From contig CBDBIJ010000085.1 of NCBI GenBank assembly GCA_965205655.1, forward strand, positions 1 to 28,171: a DNA stretch of 28,171 nt, in the 5' to 3' direction. This document shows positions 26,433-28,171 of the stretch, piece after piece. Position 1 is the stretch's first letter. The number at the start of each line of letters is the position of its first letter. A model generated the notes under the pieces. It was not told where the DNA came from, made no database searches, and worked only from the letters and a program-made list of their open reading frames with translations. Source of the DNA: Candidatus Latescibacterota bacterium (GTDB lineage Bacteria > Latescibacterota > UBA2968 > UBA8231). A program made the translations under genes and the position numbers.

Positions 26433-28070
26433 ATGACTACGGGAACCAAAAGCAAGAATCGCAAAGTCGCAGCCAAGAAGAAGGCCAAGGCCACGGCTGC
26501 CGCCGAGAAGGCTCCGGCCAACGGCCGCGCCACCGCGCAAACACTGGCGCTCAAGCAGCGAGAGATTTCCGTATCCGAGTTCTTCAGCAGAAACCGGCAT
26601 CTGCTCGGATTCGACAACCCGAGGCGGGCTCTGCTCACCGGGGTCAAGGAGGCGGTGGACAATAGTCTGGACGCGTGCGAGGAGGCGGGAATTCTTCCGG
26701 CAATCAGCGTGCACATCGATCCAGTGACCGAGGACCGCTACGTCATGAGGGTGGAGGACAACGGCCCCGGCATCGTCAAGAACCAGATCCCCAACATCTT
26801 TGGGAAGCTGCTCTACGGTTCGAAGTTTCACCGGCTGCGCATGTCGCGGGGTCAGCAGGGAATCGGCATTTCGGCGGCGAGCATGTATGGCCAGCTGACG
26901 ACGGGCAAGCCGACTCGAATCGTGTCGCGGACGGGGGCGAAAAGCCCGGCCCACCAGTATGAGATCGTCATCAACACGACGAAGAACCGCCCCGAAGTCG
27001 TGAAGGACCAGGAGGTCGAGTGGGAGAGCAACCGCGGGACGATGGTGGAAATCGAGATGGAGGCCCGTTATCTGCGCGGGCGCCAGTCGGTGGACGAGTA
27101 CCTGCGCCAAACCGCACTCACGAATCCTCACCTGAACCTGAGTTACCGCGCGCCGGACGGCAAAGAGGTGGTCTACGAACGCACGACGAAGGAGCTGCCC
27201 CCCGAAGCGATCGAGGTGAAGCCCCACCCCCACGGAGTGGAGCTGGGCGCCTTGATGAAGATGATGCAGGACACATCTCAGAAAAGCGTCCAGGGGTTTC
27301 TCACCAAGGAATTCTGCCGAGTGTCGTCGCGGGCGGCGAAAGAGTTCTGCGACAAGGCGGAGATCAGTCCAAAGGCGAGGCCGCGGAGCATCGCCAGGGT
27401 GGAAACGGACCGGCTCTACAAGGCCATCAACGAGACGAAGCTGATGAAGCCGCCGACCAACTGCATCGTCCCCATCGGCGACGAACTGCTCTCGAGCAGT
27501 CTCAGCCAGAATGTCGAAGCGGCGCTCTACACCTCGACGTCGCGGCCGCCGGCCGTGTATCGCGGCAATCCGTTCCAGATCGAGGTGGCCATGGCCTACG
27601 GCGGCGAGATTGATCCGGAAGGGGCGATGACACTGCTGCGGTTCGCCAATCGCGTGCCGCTGCTCTACCAGCAAGCGGCCTGCGCCATCACCAAGAGCGT
27701 CCTCGAGGTCGACTGGCGCAACTATAAAATGAGCCAGAGCTCGGGCGCGATGCCGACCGGACCGCTCGTCGTCCTCGTGCACATGGCGTCCGTGTGGGTG
27801 CCATTCACCTCCGAGAGCAAGGAGGCAGTGGCGCACTATCCCGAGATCATCAAGGAGATTCGGCTGGCGCTGCAGGAGTGCGGGCGCCGCGTTGGCGAGC
27901 ATTTGGGGCGCCAGCGACGCGCGGCGGAGGCGGAGCGCAAGAAAGACTACATCCAGCAGTACATCGGCCACATCGCCGACACGTTGCAGGAGATCACCGG
28001 AGACAGCGACCGGCGTCGAAACATGGTAGAGAAATCACTGCGAACGATTCTGGAAAGGAGCCGTTCATGA
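26433..28070 (+). CDS. top6B: DNA topoisomerase VI subunit B
   Basis: [54 protein letters not shown] (GHKL), [26 protein letters not shown]. Confidence 0.96.
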   Translation: MTTGTKSKNRKVAAKKKAKATAAAEKAPANGRATAQTLALKQREISVSEFFSRNRHLLGFDNPRRALLTGVKEAVDNSLDACEEAGILPAISVHIDPVTEDRYVMRVEDNGPGIVKNQIPNIFGKLLYGSKFHRLRMSRGQQGIGISAASMYGQLTTGKPTRIVSRTGAKSPAHQYEIVINTTKNRPEVVKDQEVEWESNRGTMVEIEMEARYLRGRQSVDEYLRQTALTNPHLNLSYRAPDGKEVVYERTTKELPPEAIEVKPHPHGVELGALMKMMQDTSQKSVQGFLTKEFCRVSSRAAKEFCDKAEISPKARPRSIARVETDRLYKAINETKLMKPPTNCIVPIGDELLSSSLSQNVEAALYTSTSRPPAVYRGNPFQIEVAMAYGGEIDPEGAMTLLRFANRVPLLYQQAACAITKSVLEVDWRNYKMSQSSGAMPTGPLVVLVHMASVWVPFTSESKEAVAHYPEIIKEIRLALQECGRRVGEHLGRQRRAAEAERKKDYIQQYIGHIADTLQEITGDSDRRRNMVEKSLRTILERSRS

Positions 28071-28171
28071 GCAGTCTGGTCAGCAAGATCGAAAAGGAAG
28101 CGAAATCGATAAGGGACAAGATTCTCAAGAAACAGAAGCCGTCGATGCGCTTTCCGCTGCGCAGCCTCAGC
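28067..28171 (+). CDS. top6A: DNA topoisomerase VI subunit A, 5' part (runs off the window)
   Basis: ATGA overlap with top6[36 protein letters not shown] fits a Top6A N-terminus; position directly after top6B. Confidence 0.7.
   Translation, partial: MSSLVSKIEKEAKSIRDKILKKQKPSMRFPLRSLS

Noticed and set aside
26391..27971. Long antisense ORFs (this 526-aa one, also 10066-11094, 24745-25650, 6604-7545)
   Set aside because: Shadow frames of well-supported genes in GC-rich DNA, with no recognisable motifs.

Overview
GC-rich bacterial chromosomal window. From left to right: (1) an operon with an outer-membrane beta-barrel porin, an FMN-binding (flavinylation-motif) protein, a His-containing 4-TM membrane protein and a secreted protein; (2) a PLP D-serine dehydratase/D-threonine aldolase-like enzyme, a SAM methyltransferase, an O-antigen ligase-like protein, anmK and an M16C peptidase, the last two each with a single extra homopolymer base; (3) small membrane/lipoprotein genes, a cNMP-REC signalling protein, a truncated PhyH-like gene, an amidase, tRNA-Phe(GAA), a GAF-like protein and a glutaredoxin; (4) a complete IS1595-family cargo transposon (17109-22070; 24-bp terminal inverted repeats, 8-bp target duplication AATAGAAA) inserted between murA and its apparent promoter; (5) murA, TlpA, MazG-like and lipoprotein genes, a MazEF/PemIK-type pair with a deleted toxin, and archaeal-type topoisomerase VI B and the start of A. 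The transposon carries a DNA methyltransferase-HNH fusion that is cleanly interrupted by a nested IS3-family element (18141-19481, 4-bp duplication). It also carries two diverged copies of an unrecognised module: hairpin(s), a small coiled-coil gene, and a convergent overlapping antisense gene sharing a GG[KR]LKPGW[RK]E motif conserved at protein level. That duplicated module is the best candidate for an undescribed system. Family calls come from motif recognition only; no database searches were run.
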